The notes: generated by a model from the letters alone, not told the origin. Counted from the stretch's first letter, positions 37,022 through 51,185 are shown. The stretch: 64,000 nucleotides of DNA from Anthoceros angustus (GCA_010909165.1 MU008156.1:186001-250000), one strand, 5' to 3'. Made by a program: numbers and translations.

Positions 37022-40000
37022 ATGGCAGTCTCTTTTGGAGATGCTGATTCCCGTCTATTCCGGTTCCAGCCCACAAATTCGTGGAACAGCGGCGATAAGG
37101 ACAGTCCCCCCGTAGATCCAGAAGCCGTTGACAGCTGCGATGAGGAGAACCAAGATCGAAGTTACAGCTTGCCACAGCCCACCAAAGAGTGTGGTTGCCT
37201 ACAGTTTGGGGGCTTATCATTTATCAACAAGCTGCGGGAACAATCTGTTGTCCAATTCTCGTGGTACGGAGCGTGCCTTCCTTTAGACCATGCTGTTTCC
37301 AGTGCTACAATGGGCACTCATGAGGTCTATCTATCGGTGACTTTGCAGGGGAACTTTTGTGAAAGAGACTATCTATCACACTTTCTTCCCCCTTTCTCTT
37401 CCGCTCTTATTTTGTTGGGAGGGTGGCCCGATCGGGCTCATCAACAGACAATTTTTCTCCCTTGGGGGCCTTGGTCCTATCCAATGGTTTTTTGGAATCT
37501 GCTGTAAGTACTCTCTATAATTCCTTGAGGCTGGAGCATGTGCAATGTGACTCTACCCTTTGTGGTTCCCTGGGAACAACCTTGAATCTTGCCTGCCTAT
37601 GCTGTTGTTGGCAGTTTGCATAATGAACGTCCTAGTGGCGTTTCACTTCAATGCAGAGGTGGTGGTTGTCGACATTCTTTGGATGATGCGGAGCATGGTA
37701 TGCTGCTTTCTTCCTGTCTTTCTAGCAACTTTTCATGTCACCTGTTTCAGAGTTCTTTGGCTTACTGACTTCTTCTCAACGAAAGGTGCTTGCTACAAAG
37801 TATGGTTTCATCAGTAAATCAGAGATGAAGGGCATGAAGGAGCACATTCTTCCCATGGAAATACATGCTGGACGAACTGTATGGACTGACAGTGACAACT
37901 TCTGTTTACTGCTTCTCTATTCAAAGTCTGTCAAGGATCCTTATGACAAGTTCACACCACATCGGCACCTAGATCACAGTTTCCTAAATGCTTCTGTTTT
38001 GCAGCTGTTTTTTGCATGGATCAACCCAATACCTCTGGATGTGCTCAAGAGACAGCTGCTGCTTGCTGCGATACGGAAGGATCTTATTGATTGCACTTGT
38101 ACTTTGCGACTTACTCCTGGAGTTGCTCAGAAAGTGGTTTGTTTGATAATGAGACAACTGTCAAATGGCTCTGGTGTAAGTGACAGCCATTAGCATCTGT
38201 TAGCATCAGTAGAACACTTATCCATTTGTAGACAAGGGATCTGCTTTCTAAGGTCTTAGTGTCTCTCAGGAATAGTTCCTCCCAAGACATGTGGATAGCT
38301 TCTCCATCTCAGCTGCTCCCTGCCCTTTTTCAGGCGAGCTCCGGTTGTCTCAATCAGATGATGTTTATGTTCACGGAACCGTAATGTGCAGGAACAGTAT
38401 TTTCTTTCAAAGTCAGACGATAGGCAACTGGTCCGTGTTCTGGGGACGAGCAGTCTCTCTGTGAGAAGACGATTTTGTGACTGGTGTGCAGCACATGATT
38501 GCGAATCTTCTGAGTTGGAAGCCAGATGGATTAAAATTTGCATGAGTCGCATGAGAGAAGATCCGGAACACATTCTCCCAGGTGCACAGGAGCTCAATGG
38601 AGACGCAGAAAACATGGGAACTGACTCCATGAGGAGGCTGCCTGATAATAGTGGCAATGGGCAAAAATGTCCGGCCCTGGATCTCCCTGTGCTCATGTAC
38701 ACAGCGTACCTACTGCAACAGTCTTCAGCTCTTCTTTCGTAAGTTTTTCTATATCTCATGGATCTTAAAGTCTCCAAGTATCCTATCTTTGCCATGTCTG
38801 AGTAGATAATGTATGTTCCACAGGAAAAAGAAGATCTTTCACCAAATCATAGGATATCCCCGGAGGGTATGGTGGACGTCATACGTTTTGGCAGTGTGTC
38901 ATGCAGCAATACCCTTTGCAGCCCGTGCAGTAACAGGTACCCCGTTGTTACATTAGACATTACTTCCTGATGCTCATGAAGGATTCTCTCTTATTTGCTT
39001 TGCATGAGTGAACATTGCAGGCGATCCTCCTGTCTTCGGCACCCACCGTTGGTATGACTACGTAATCAGTGCGACAAGCTTTATTTTGGACACTCATGCC
39101 ATGTAAGTATGTGATGCTGGTTTTGACTGTCCAGCAGACGGTTGATTTGTCAGCTAGTTCCATCTTCACTACTGTGCAGGGCGTCAGGAATAGCGTTCAT
39201 GTTAGCAGGAGCTGCTGATTTTCGGAGAAGGTATTTTGCTGCAAGGCTTCTTAATATGATACTTAAGGGTGGACAATTTGTTGAGACTGAAGATCCCAGC
39301 ACAACGACAAAAGCAGAAAAAAAGTCGTTTTATCAAATGGCTATCCAAGTGGATTTTGAGGAGCCCTCGTCCATCATCGGATGGTGGGCTATGAGAGTTC
39401 TGGTACAGGATTTTGGACGGGTTTTTTACATGAGAGTGAAGGTATGCCCATTTCTTCAATGTTTCTCTCAGCAGCAATTTTGCTCCTATTTCTGAGTTGT
39501 TGGGCTTCTGGACTTGCAGTACTATGCAACCTATTTTGCCATCTATTGCGGCCTGCTTCTCGCTTTCTTGGTGATTGAGCTTCTGTCCACAAGTACTCGC
39601 ACAGCAGCATATCTTGTGTAAGCTGCTACATGTCTTTCAGTGAACTGATTGAATGCAGTGGATAGTTTAATGATGCTGGAGTGCTCACCTTCTTGGTATT
39701 CAACTGGCAGACCCCTGGTCACTTACGATCTCATTGTATTCACCATACTGCTGGCTTTGATCGTGTTTCCTGCTGGAGAGACGAATGAGATGTACCATGA
39801 GCATGGTGCTACCCTGGCCCGAAAGAAGGTATGGGATCTGATTTCAAACATGTCTTCCACCAGTTGAGAGATTCTGCTCTTCACCTTCTTTCCACTGACA
39901 TGGCTGCCACCGCAGTTGCTGTTGAAGACCAGGTTAAGTAAACCATTTGATTCATTTGTTCATCGGGAGAACCTAATGTACGCTGTTGATTTCTTACAAA

Positions 40001-40279
40001 CTGTATCCGAAGCAGTGGAATGGGAAAACACGTCTGCCAAGGTATATCCAGGTGCCTCACTGTGTTGAGCTTTCGTGCACTGTTAACCCGTTTGGTCTCA
40101 ACATCTGTCACATGCTAACCTGCAGAGTGGGTCTCGCCGTGTCATGTGCATTGTGGGCCCTGTAGGTTACGATCTTGGGGTTCAACACTGGTAAACAAGT
40201 CATAGGAGTGTTGATTGGTACTGCTGGAGTTGCTATTGGCATCGCTGCCCAGCAGTTTACCAGCAGACTCTCGCTATGA
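37022..40279 (+). CDS. Uncharacterised multipass membrane protein, possibly 7TM ion-channel (GRL/PHTF-like) superfamily; exon structure partly resolved
   Basis: A series of GT-AG exons with hydrophobic helices: CIMNVLVAFHF.., ASGIAFMLAGAADFRRRYFAARLL..IIGWWAMRVLVQDFGRVF, LIVFTILLALIVFPAG, final VTILGFNTGKQVIGVLIGTAGVAIGIAAQQF*. Confidence 0.55.
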
Positions 40280-40451
40280 ATATCCAGGCCATGAGCAAGT
40301 CCGGTCAAGAGTTCTAATGGTTCAATCCTCATCCCTCTCCTAATGCAATGCCCTAACATTTAACCTCGATGGTCTCATAACCGACATGCCACTCCATCTC
40401 CATCCATGGAGAGCCTGCTTGGGAACAAGTGCCAAATTCTTGAACGGAATC

Positions 40452-40619
40452 TGAGGAGTGAAATCTCATATGGGAAGGATGTATAAGGACTTTGACCGGA
40501 CTATATGGGAGGCCCAAGTTTGTCTTGCGTCTTTTTGAGGAGTGAAATCTCATATGGGAAGGATGCATAAGGACTTTGACCGGACTATATGGGAGGCTCA
40601 AGTTTGTCTTGCGTCTTTC
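40452..40619. repeat. 84-bp tandem duplication, 2 copies
   Basis: TGAGGAGTGAAATCTCATATGGGAAGGATG..GTTTGTCTTGCGTCTTT at 40452 and 40536. Confidence 0.9.
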
Positions 40620-40829
40620 ACCGGCTTTGCTCCACAGTCACCTAATCACAATGCAATTCTTGTAGGAGTTCCTTATCATCATGGAATGGCTGTGAACTCA
40701 AGTTAGATTGCATTCTAGGGATGTTTGAGATTCGCACCCCATGCACTCGTGTACTTCGTAGGCTTCCCGGCATCTTCATGATGAGGCTTGTCTTTCGTTC
40801 CCTTGGAACCTCTTGCATGGGATCTCATA

Positions 40830-41015
40830 ATGAGGCGGCATGGTGTCTACGTCTTGCACGGGATCCTCAAGATGAGGTGGCATAGTGTTTACGTCTTGCA
40901 CGGGATCCTCACGATGAGTCGGCATGGTGTTTTCGTCTTGCACGGGATCTCACGATGAGTCGGCATGGTGTCTACGTCTTGCACGGATCTCGGGATGAGG
41001 CGGCATGGTGTCTAT
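40830..41015. repeat. ~41-42-bp minisatellite, ~4.5 copies (GATGAG.CGGCATGGTGT.TACGTCTTGCACGGGATC..)
   Basis: Directly visible tandem copies. Confidence 0.85.
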
Positions 41016-41369
41016 TTCTGCGTCCCCCTCGTTGGTGCTTGCGATGTAATAGGGGTGGTACAGTTGGTACAAGTTGCGAGCCATCTCCAATGCTTTTGGC
41101 ATTCGGGCAAGTGATTGGGTATTCCTTCAAGAGGAGGCGTTGTGTGCTTCTAAGGCTTAGGCAAAATCTACACAATAGGCAGACAAGGTCCTCGTGCATG
41201 GCTCCCATGGTCCATGGACCATCCATGGACTCAGGAGCTCCCATTTCTTTCCTCCACCACCCGGAGCCGTAGCTCCAGGGTCTGCTTCTGGCCCTCCATC
41301 TCCTTATGCGCCTCACCCACCTCACAACACAACAACTATCTTGATTAACAATGAACATTTACAATGAGG

Positions 41370-41537
41370 GTCTAGTTAACTATGATTAGTTAACCGGTAT
41401 GTGATTGCATGCGGTTACTTAACTATAGTTACTACACCACAATTAGTTTAATCATAGTTAGTTAAATAATCACGGTTTATTAACTATGATTAGTTAGTGG
41501 TTAGGGTAACCGGTTTCCACTCTTATATATATATATA
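41370..41537. mobile_element. Probable DNA-transposon terminus with short TTAACTA/TAGTTAA subterminal motifs, abutting a (TA)7 run
   Basis: Repeated TAGTTAAC/TTAACTATGATTAGTTA motifs ending ...CCGGTTTCCACTCT|TATATATATATATA. Confidence 0.4.
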
Positions 41538-42409
41538 GGGTGGGAACAAAAAATTGATTTAATTATTAATTCTAGATAAAGGTGAATAGTAAATGGAAAT
41601 CAGGCGATTTAAAAAGGCAGACTTAGGCCGCGCGGCCTAAACAGGTCGGGAAGGCACGAGCATAAAACGGAAATTGGTCTAGGTGTATGTCTAAGATTCA
41701 CACTAGTGCTAGTCCACTCCAAGCTCTGCTACCTTACTCTGCTAGTACAACCAGAAAAAAACCAAGAGTATCGCCCGACAGGCAGGTCCATTCATGTGCG
41801 CATTTCCACACCCGTTGAACAAACACAGACGCTAAGATCAAGAAATGCGAATGCTTTTCCAGAAACCTGGATACAAAAGTTGGTCACACCGATGAAGGCC
41901 CGGCTCCAGCAGGACATATTCCTAGGAGCACACCATTGAGCCACTGATAGTCCGTACATGTGGCTGCATACAGAAAACCAACATGACAAATGAAAGACAA
42001 ACACCTGAAGGCCCAGCTCCCACCGGACAAGTTCCTGCATCGTATAGAGAGAGTCATGATCAAGACATGAGGATGTATACATGAAAACAAGCAGAAAAAT
42101 ACGTGATACACACCTGAAAGCCCGGCTTCACCATATTGTGCACACATACTCTGGGTTACGCCATCTACATCCTGGCTAGTCAAGTGTGGCTCTCTTGCAA
42201 GCTCTATATAAGTCAACACTCGGGACAGCATATATATGGTTATGGAGAAAGCCATCATCCACAACACCTTTGTGGAGGATGGCCTCCAAGACCTTTTCAT
42301 CTGCAATGTCAACAACAAGACCTCTCCTCCTGTACTTTCTCCAGACAGTTGATGCCTTCTTTAACTTACCAGATTCATCCTGCAAAGCACCCTCTTATGG
42401 TGCCTAGAT

Positions 42410-42990
42410 TTAGGAACCCTTCCAATAATCGTTGAGCTTCTTGTGCCACTCTCCTGGACGAGTTTTCACAACGCTTTCCTCTTCCAATGTGAGAGGCCGT
42501 TTGAAACGCTCCTCAAATCTCGTCCTAAAGACCACAAGCCCCCCATTCCCCATATGGAAATGTGGCTTTGGCACCAAAGCCGTCTGCCGAGCACGAACAA
42601 GGCTCATCTGTTGGGTCTCTGGAACTTCACCATCCAACTTTTTTCGCTCAAACGCCAATAAGAATGCCCATAACTTGGCATCCATGGTCTTGTTGATGTA
42701 GTGATCTTTCATCTTGGATAATAAAAACCTCCGAGCACTTTTGGCACAATTGTACTTCCACTGCTGAGCTTTTCTAGATAGAACTTGATCTATCACTTTG
42801 TGGAAGTCACAGGATCCTCCAATTTCAGGTCTTACACTAGATTCAACCAACCTCTTAATCTCCAGGAGCTACTGCCAGAAATTTCCTATCAACAGGTTCA
42901 TGAACTTGCACATAGCCCAGTGCATCCGCTTCTTCAACCTCCGGAAAGAGTGAAAACCTGGTGCTATCCATCCTATGACAGATGAACACA
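42410..42990 (-). pseudogene. Transposon-associated ORF fragment resembling the En/Spm (Ptta, TnpA-like) accessory protein
   Basis: W/K-rich helical segment followed by S..RARQ....PHFHMGNGG..F...F.RP motif; in-frame stop upstream. Confidence 0.4.
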
Positions 42991-43379
42991 ATGAGGGATG
43001 GAGCAAGACGGATTACGAGCTCGGTTTATCAAAATGGGGTCAACCAGCCAGGACCTGCACTTACTGAAGGAATAATTATTGTTTATGTGTTGACTCATGC
43101 TAGGGTTATGTTACCTTAGTTTAGTTAACCTATCTGATGTGTAAACTAGGTCTAGTCACCTAGTACCCTTCGGTAGGGTTGTGACTCTTACAGTGGGCGT
43201 AACACTTGGTATCTTAATTAGGTTGTTTTAAGCATAAGCAAGTTACTCTTTTATTTGATCTTTCAATTCAATCAACAATGTAATTGTGTTTTATTAATTC
43301 AATTCACATAAAATCTTCATGGTATCGGGCGGGGATACTATCCACCTCACGATAAACAAATTCGTCACATAAAATTCAA

Positions 43380-46170
43380 GTCTTGACTTACGCAATCCAG
43401 AAAGGCTTGTTCTGATCGTCTATCTCACATGGGACTGCAATCATATGGCCTCGTCGATCTCGGACACATCCCCATCGAATCTCGCCAACTCGATGGGCTG
43501 CGGCTCGGTGGCCTAAAATTCCGACATACATGTGGCCAGTTGCGGGGTTGTGGGCGGAATGACAAAGACATCTGGAGCGTCAATGGGATTTAAGTTCCGC
43601 TCGGCCTCGTCCTGTTGTACCACTCCCATGCTTTTGAAGATCTCGATGGACTCCTCCTCTGATTTTGTCGCAAAACATCGTGATGCCCAGAATGAGTTCC
43701 ACCATACTTTGTCTTCGGAGATAGATATTTTTGCATCGGTCCTTGAGGGCTTTCCTAATGGCTGCCAATGATTTATGCGGGTCGTCATGGTTTCCCATCG
43801 ATTGAAGTGGACATAAAGGCGCTCCCCTTATATCTTTGGTATTCTCGAAGGAACTCCAAACCCTCAGCGGTTCCCAATGCGAACAAGTAGAAAGTGCCTT
43901 GCCACGAAGGCTATCATTGGCTCTCTCTTCCCTTGAAATTTTGAATTGATCGATAACTATGATTGTGCAAATTCTTACCGCATCTCGTGTCCCTCTTTTA
44001 CCCATCCCATTGGGCCAGACAAAGCTCCTGAAATCGGCCACCTCGGAAACCATTTTCACTTCGGATTGGGTGTATAAGCGATGAATCAAACTCATAAGGG
44101 TTTCGAGTGACATTGCTTTTTGTGCACGAGACTTTTAGAAAAGCACGAGAACATTTGATCAAGCTGCATCATGTGTGTGCGACAAGAAGGAAGCCCACCT
44201 TCACCTTATCGAAGACCGCTTCTCGACAAGCATACTCAAGTATGCAAACAACAACATATTCTTGTTTTCTCCGCCGTGTTGTCCGTTGCAAGTAAAACGT
44301 CTTGTAACCATCTCATAGGTGAGAATAACATCACGGATGATATGAATAGTTAAGTTGGCGTCGTTCCGAATATTCAGGAAGTTCACAAACACCCTGGTCT
44401 TCATAATGTTGTTGTATACCAAACAACCCACAACATGGACCCGATGAGACCATCTGCAAAATCCTTTGGAGGCGGGAAAATGTGGGAGCTCGTCTTGCTT
44501 TGGTCCATCCGTCTATCGCCATTCCAATGTATTTGCTCGGTTGGCCTTTACACTTCAAGCGATGTTTTGCAAGTTTTAGTCGCTCTGTGATCGCCGACCG
44601 ATGTTCACGGATCTTGCTCATGGACCTCATCACGGTAAATGGATCACATGGTCGAAGTTTGTCCTTGGTGCGCGCGGTGCATGGACCCGGCCGCCATGCG
44701 CGCACAAGTGCGCGCGCGCGCGCATGCGCGCGCATGCGCGCGCCGCGCCGCGCGCGCATGCGCGCGCGCACAAGTGCGCGCCGCGCGCGCCGCGCGCGCC
44801 GCGCGCGCGCGAATAGCACCTCCACTGCGTGGGGGCGCGCGCAAGCGCACCCACTGGCGCGCGCCGCGCGCACCCGGTTCCTCTGTGATTTGGTGCATCC
44901 ATGTGTGCGCGCGCTGCGCGCGCGCCGCGCGCACAAGTGCGCGCGCGCACAAGTGCGCGCGCTTGTGCGCGCGCACCAGCACGACAGAGCAGCGTTGGAG
45001 TGCTCATGATTCCATGGAAGTCAAAAGGAAACTCGGATATGAAATACCTTGTTCTTGTCGGTTCTGGTCATCTCGATGCATTTGTCTTCAACGTTCGCAT
45101 TGGACGCATTTTGAAAATACACTTGGTATCTTCACTTTTGGAAAATGTTTCTTCCATAAGGCACGAAGTGAGAATGAGAGGCGTTGGTCAAACCGACTCT
45201 TGAAACCTCCGTTTGTAGTCACGGAATATCTCTCCTTTGGTATATGAATCGCAAGTTGAAAAGCGAAACATTGGGCATGCGTTGTTAGCTTGAAAAACGT
45301 TTCCATCCAAGCAATGCATTCCAGAACATGATCTTCAGTTGGGCGTCCTTGGAACTTCAGTTCCGATGACCATGGTGTGTTCGTTAGTACTCTCTGTTTC
45401 AAATGTTCATACCTCCGCCATCCAATGCAGAACACTTTTCTGAAACTTCGTACACAACATTGCAACCTGCTGTCTCCCAGGAGAAAATTGAGAACATTGC
45501 GACCAGTATAGGTTGCTTGTTCTACCTCGAGCAATCCTTGCAAATATATTTCCTGCTGTTCTCGAGGCAATCCCAAGAAGCGATATCTGAGGCTCTCTAT
45601 ATTCTTCTTTCCCAATTGCAGCAAACAACCTGCGCTACAGCAATGCGAAGACCATGCGTTATGTATTTCTTCAACTGCCGCACTTCATGGTCCTCTTCAA
45701 TCTCCTTGGATAATGTCTACGCTTCACCGACAATGTGGACTCGACGTTTACGTGAAGGCTCGGCTGGATGCCCTGGTGGTGTTACGTGCCCGCATCCTCC
45801 TTCCGCAAAATTCGGTCCCATCATTCCGACCTCCTCCATGGAGCGATGAAGAAACAATTTCATTTGCGTTCCATCTTGACCAATGTTGGATTCCTAATCC
45901 GGATTGGCGTGGTATCCGAATCCTTGGCCTACATTCTCCCTTCTTCCGAGTTGTATCGATTGAGACCTTGATGCCTTCCATGCTCGGAGTGGTGTCCATG
46001 ATTGTCACCTTCTCAATCTTCCGACGAGAATCTGAAGGCGCGCTACAAAACATCAATCGTGATACATTGTCCACAGACCACATCCATCGCGCTTCCCTTC
46101 CCGACTCGACCCGCAGTAGGATGGAGAAGCGTTGCATTTCACCGCTCTTCAAACTTGCGGAATGTCGCAA
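43380..46170 (-). mobile_element. DDD-type DNA transposase, Sola1/DUF7869-like, frameshifted
   Basis: Motifs across frames: HFPKVKIPSVFSKCVQCE, KYIGMAIDG, NDANLTIHII, (L)Q.DN.GGENKNMLLFAYLSMLVE, VKVGFLLVAHT.., DQMFS. Confidence 0.75.
44690..44975. repeat. Alternating purine-pyrimidine (GC)n/GCGCAT/GCGCAC low-complexity tract interrupting the transposase
   Basis: Directly visible. Confidence 0.9.
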
Positions 46171-48014
46171 CTATGAGAGGAAGAAGAGCTGATTATGGAG
46201 TTTGTCCATCTTCATTTGAACGTTAAAATATGCATACATGATTATGGTGGCGAGTTTAACCCGTTATAGTAGCCAATGTTAATTACCAAACGCTCGCTTG
46301 AAATAAGGGCTATAACGGAAACCTAACCTAACCTTCAACCCGCAGTTAGTTAACCCGTTAGCAAGTTAACCCGCACATGATTGTGCCACAGAAACATACG
46401 TTGGGGTGAAATTAATCTGCGGTGGCGCGTTTTCATGTCAAGAGGATTCCAGTTGCGAGCAAGAGGACTACGGATTAGGTCGGCAAGGCGTGACAACAAG
46501 AGAGGGCCTTGATCTGCGGATTGCGGCGGCATCTCCATGTGAGTTTTTGCGCTTGTCTGTGCATCTGGAGCCGCGTTCGGTGTGTGCTTGAATCTCGGTG
46601 TGTGTTTTAGGAGGCACCTGATGTGCGTGTCATCACTCACACGGTGCGCGCGTTCTTATAGCAGCCACCCTTGGAGCGCTTTCGTGTCTGGTAGGAACCC
46701 CCGGTGCGCGCTCTCTTGTGGTAGCCACCCTTTGAGCGCGCTTGTGCCAGGCAGGAACCCCCGCTTGCGCGTTTGCTTGTCGCGCTTGTGCCCGGCAGGC
46801 ACCCTCGGTGAGCGCTTCATTTGGCTGCTTGCTTCTCCGTGCATCCTTGGTTAACGATTTTGACATGCGAGGCAGAACGCGTTTGTGAAAGGCATTTCAT
46901 GGTCTCGTTTTGGGGCAGGGACGCGTGTTTGGCGGTGGGAACCCCGCTTGCGCGCGCGCTTGTGCGCGCAGGCGCGCGCACTTGGGCGCTTTTGTGATGG
47001 TCTTTTTTCCTTTGGAGGTGCAGGTGTATACTATAGAGAACCGAAATAGCGGTTGTGGATCTATAATTTGGCTTGTTTCATGAAATCAAATCACCTTCAA
47101 CCTTCCATTCTTTCCGCTTGGTTTTGCCTCCGTTTTCCTCTAATGCTTGACGTGTGCACCTTGTTGTGACATGTCCATCCCAAATCGGCAAGTGCGTGCA
47201 AAACAGCCAACTTTGAACCTCCACCAAACCTCCAAAACGCAAAAGGCGAAGTCAATGTCGAGCCGAGCTTAGGAAGCGGAAGAGTGCGGCGGAGGAGGTT
47301 CGGGTGGTGGTCATGAACCACCAACATCGGTCACTGTAAAGTCGACTCTCCTCCCACAAGGAGCATCGATGGGAAGAGTGGGCCTTCACAAGGGACATCA
47401 CAGGAGGCCCAAGCAAGGAGCATCGGGTGGATGACGGGCATCAACATTTTTCGATGATATCGGGATTGTGCGGGGACCACTTTGGAGAATCCTTTCTCTG
47501 GTGAGAAAAATGTGTTGACTAGATTTGCGATCTATCGAGCAGGCTACAAGACAAGGAATGGTGCATCCATGAAGAAGGAACCGACTCACAGAGAATTTTG
47601 ATCCCATTCCGGCGCTGGGTGAGCGGGTATATGGATGCGTTGAGGACAGATTGTGGTTGGGTACATTCTATGGGCTTGGAAGTATGAAGTCCGTCAATGC
47701 GAATCAAACTCTTGATATGCACAATGAGGAGAAGTTCTTTTGAGGAATTCTAAGCATCGCTGGTCTTGAGTGCGGACAAGGCGATTCAAGGCGATGCAAT
47801 ACCCAAGACCTAGTGGACTTGGGCGCGCATGACAAGTGACAAGGTATGTGGACGATGATTATAGCACTTTTTCGATGCACCATGTCATGTTTGGTGATGG
47901 CATGCGCGCAGGCGCGCGCATCGCGCCATCACCATCCATAGGCCCGTGCGCTTTGGGGTAGTGTGCGATGCGCGCAAATGTCTTGTACTAGGGTCACATG
48001 GGCCCAGTTCGCAC

Positions 48015-48460
48015 ACTTGGCGCGCGCATGCGCGCGCTTGTGCGCGCAGTGCGCGCGCAGTGCGCGCACATGCGCGCGCCGCGCGCGCAGTGCGCGCGCT
48101 CACCGGGGCCCATGGGAGACCGGTCGCGCACTTGGGCGCGCACCGCGATCTTATCAGCAGTCCGCGCGCGCGGCGCGCTGCTGAGCCCATTGAGACCTCC
48201 ATGCGCGCGTGCGCGCGCGCCGCGCGCGCCGCGCGCGCACTTGCGCGCGCATGCGCGCGCTTGTGCGCGCATGCGCGCGCTGCGCGCGCATGCGCGCACT
48301 TGGGCGCGCGCGTGCGCGCACTTGTGCGCGCGCAGTGCGCGCGCATGCGCGCATGCGCGCGCGCGCGCGCGCGCATGCGCGCAGTGCGCGCGCTGCGCGC
48401 GCGCGCGCGCGCGCGCGCATGCGCGCGCATGCGCGCGCATGCGCGCGCATGCGCGCGCAT
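48015..48460. repeat. (GC)n/GCGCGCAT low-complexity tract
   Basis: Directly visible; counterpart at 51910-52360. Confidence 0.9.
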
Positions 48461-51185
48461 CTCGGTTAATGTATTTGGTTGATGTATCTAGTAATGGGTG
48501 GTTGTCTTTTTATTGCGGACATTCGGGACTATCTTGGCGTTTCTCCAAAAGAAATAGTTCTAGGGTTGATGATGATGAAGATGGCCGAACAAGCATGTGA
48601 AAGCGATCCTCTCCGAGATAGCGATGGAGAGGCTAGGAAAAGCGATTCGCAACCACGACCAAAGCAAATCATCAGCTCAATATGGGAAATTCGATGACGA
48701 TTCAATGGAACAAAAGCAGAGGTACTTGCGGCGGTATAGATATTCGGATGACGATAGTGGAGAATATGAAGAGCATGAAACCGCAAATGAAGATGTTGAG
48801 GACGAGATGCATCGGACAACCGAGTTGAAGCCGACAACAACAGAGAGGATATACATAGCGAGGGGCTCAAAACGTTCGTCAAATGTCCCAAGAATCGCCA
48901 TGCATTGGAGGATGCCCAGCTTCTACAAAGTTTGGGCAAGAGGGTCAAAGAATCATGAAGGAGCGAGCCGTGTACAACCAACCTCAAGGAGGTAGACGCG
49001 GATGTTCAGTTTCACCTGCAAGGACGAAAGGTAAACCGAAAGCAGGGAAAAGAGGAAGAGGAATGACATTGACGAGACACCAGCGACGGGCCGCGTCATC
49101 ACCAAAGCTGTGCTAACGGACAACGATGAGTGGAGCGAGCGCACATAAGGACCCGTTACATCAAATTCGAGTCAGCACAAAAGAAGATTCCGCATACGAT
49201 ATGGTTGCCATCACCAAGTTGAAGCGCAGACTACATTACTCGTGGCCTTTCGGATCAAGAGTGGATGAATCATGGGGAAAACATCTTCTCGGAAATTAAA
49301 AGGGACCTGCAAGAGGGAGTACTTCCTCGCTATGTATGATCGATCCAAGGAGTGCGCGTGAGGTCTTTGACAAAGACAAGTTGAAAATCAAACATTGGGC
49401 ATGCTCACCGTTAGCTTGAAAACTTTTCCATCCAAGCAATGCATTCCGAACATGATCTTCGGGCGCCCTTGGAACTTCAATTCGATGACCATGGTGTGTT
49501 CGTTAGTACTGCTTCAAAATGTTCATACCTTCGCCATCCAATGCGTAACACTTTTCCGAAACTTCGTACACAACATTGCAACTGTCTCCTGTGAGAAAAT
49601 TGAGAACATTGCGACCGATAGGTTGCTTGTTCTACCTCGAGCAATCCTTGCAAATATATTTCCTTTCGAGGCAATCCCAAGAAGCGATATCGAGGCTCTC
49701 TATATTCTTCTTTCCCAATTGCAAACAACTGCGCTTCTGACAATGCGAAGACCATGCGTTATGTATTTCTTCAATGCCGCATGCTTCATGGTCCTCTTCA
49801 ATCTCCGGCTTGGATAATGTCTACGCTTCACCGGACAATGTGACTGACTCGGAATGGCTCGGCTCGGATGCCACCGCTGGTGTTCGCGTGCCCGCATCCT
49901 CCTTCCCGCAGTCCCATCATTCCGACCTCCTCCATGGAGCGATGAAGAAACACCGCCGCATTCCATCTTCACCTCCCTAATCCGGATTGGCGTGGTATCC
50001 GAATGCTTGGCCTACCTCTCCCTTCTCCAACGGAGTTGTATCGATGAGAGACCTTCCGATGCCTTCCATGCTCGGAGTGGTGTCCATGATTGTCACCTTC
50101 TCAATCTTCCGCGACGACGCAGCACACGAAGGCGTGCGCCACCAAACGTGATACATTGTCCAGACCGGCCCATCGCGCCGCTTATGGCCTTCCATCGCCC
50201 CCCGACCGCAAGAATAGGATGGAGAAGCTGCATTTCACTCTTCAAACTTGAGCAATGTCGCAACTATGAGAGGAAGAAGTGCTTGCTATGGTCCATTGTT
50301 TGAACGTTAAAATATGCATACATGATTATGGTGTGTTTAACTTATAGTAGCCGCCAATGTTAATTACCAAACGCTCGCTTGAAATAAGGGCTATAACGGA
50401 AACCTAACTAACCTTCAACCCGCAGTTAGTTAACCCCTGGTTAGGCTGTTTAATCTCATGCGCAAGACAGCGAAACAGCAGCGCGGCGGAGAAGGCCACG
50501 TCCAAGAGGATTGCGATCGGCGGAGCAAGAGGACTACGGATTAGGTCGGCAAGGCGTGACAACAAGAGGAGGGGCGCGCATCGGATTGCAGAGCGCGGCA
50601 TCCGTGAGTTGTGCAATAGTGCGCGCGCATGCGCGCTGCATCTCGGGTTATTCTAGCCAACTGTATCAGGTGTGTGTGCTTGAATCTCGGTGTGTGTTTT
50701 GGCGCACACAAGGCAACCGTGGTCCGCCACACTCACATGCGCGCATGCGCGCACTTGGGCGCTTTCGTGCGGTAGGAACCCCGTGCGCTCTCTTGTGGTA
50801 GCCACCCGAGCGCTGTGCGTGGTGAACCCGGTGTTGCTTGCGCGCTTGTCCTTGCGGTGACCCCGCGAGCGCCAGGCGCTTGTGCATCCTTGGTTGATTT
50901 TGACATGCGCAAGAACCGCTTTGGAAAGGCTTGGGTCTCGCTTTGGGCAAGGACCGGCGTGTTTGGCTTGGAACCCCTGGGTGCTGGGTTTTTGGGCTTG
51001 GTGGCTTGTGGCAAAGTGCACATTTGTTGGAGGTCAAGGTATACTATGAAGAGAGAACCAAAAAGCAGGGATCTATAATTTGGCTTGTTTCATGAAATGA
51101 AGACAACTTCAACATTCCATTCTTTCCGGTTGGTCCGTTTCTCCTCTTTTCCTCTAATGCTTGACGTGTGCACCTTGTTGTGACA

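Noticed and set aside
37022-40279. MscS-like channel call for the membrane protein
   Set aside because: No MscS core motifs (PF.VGD, PN..L) were found.
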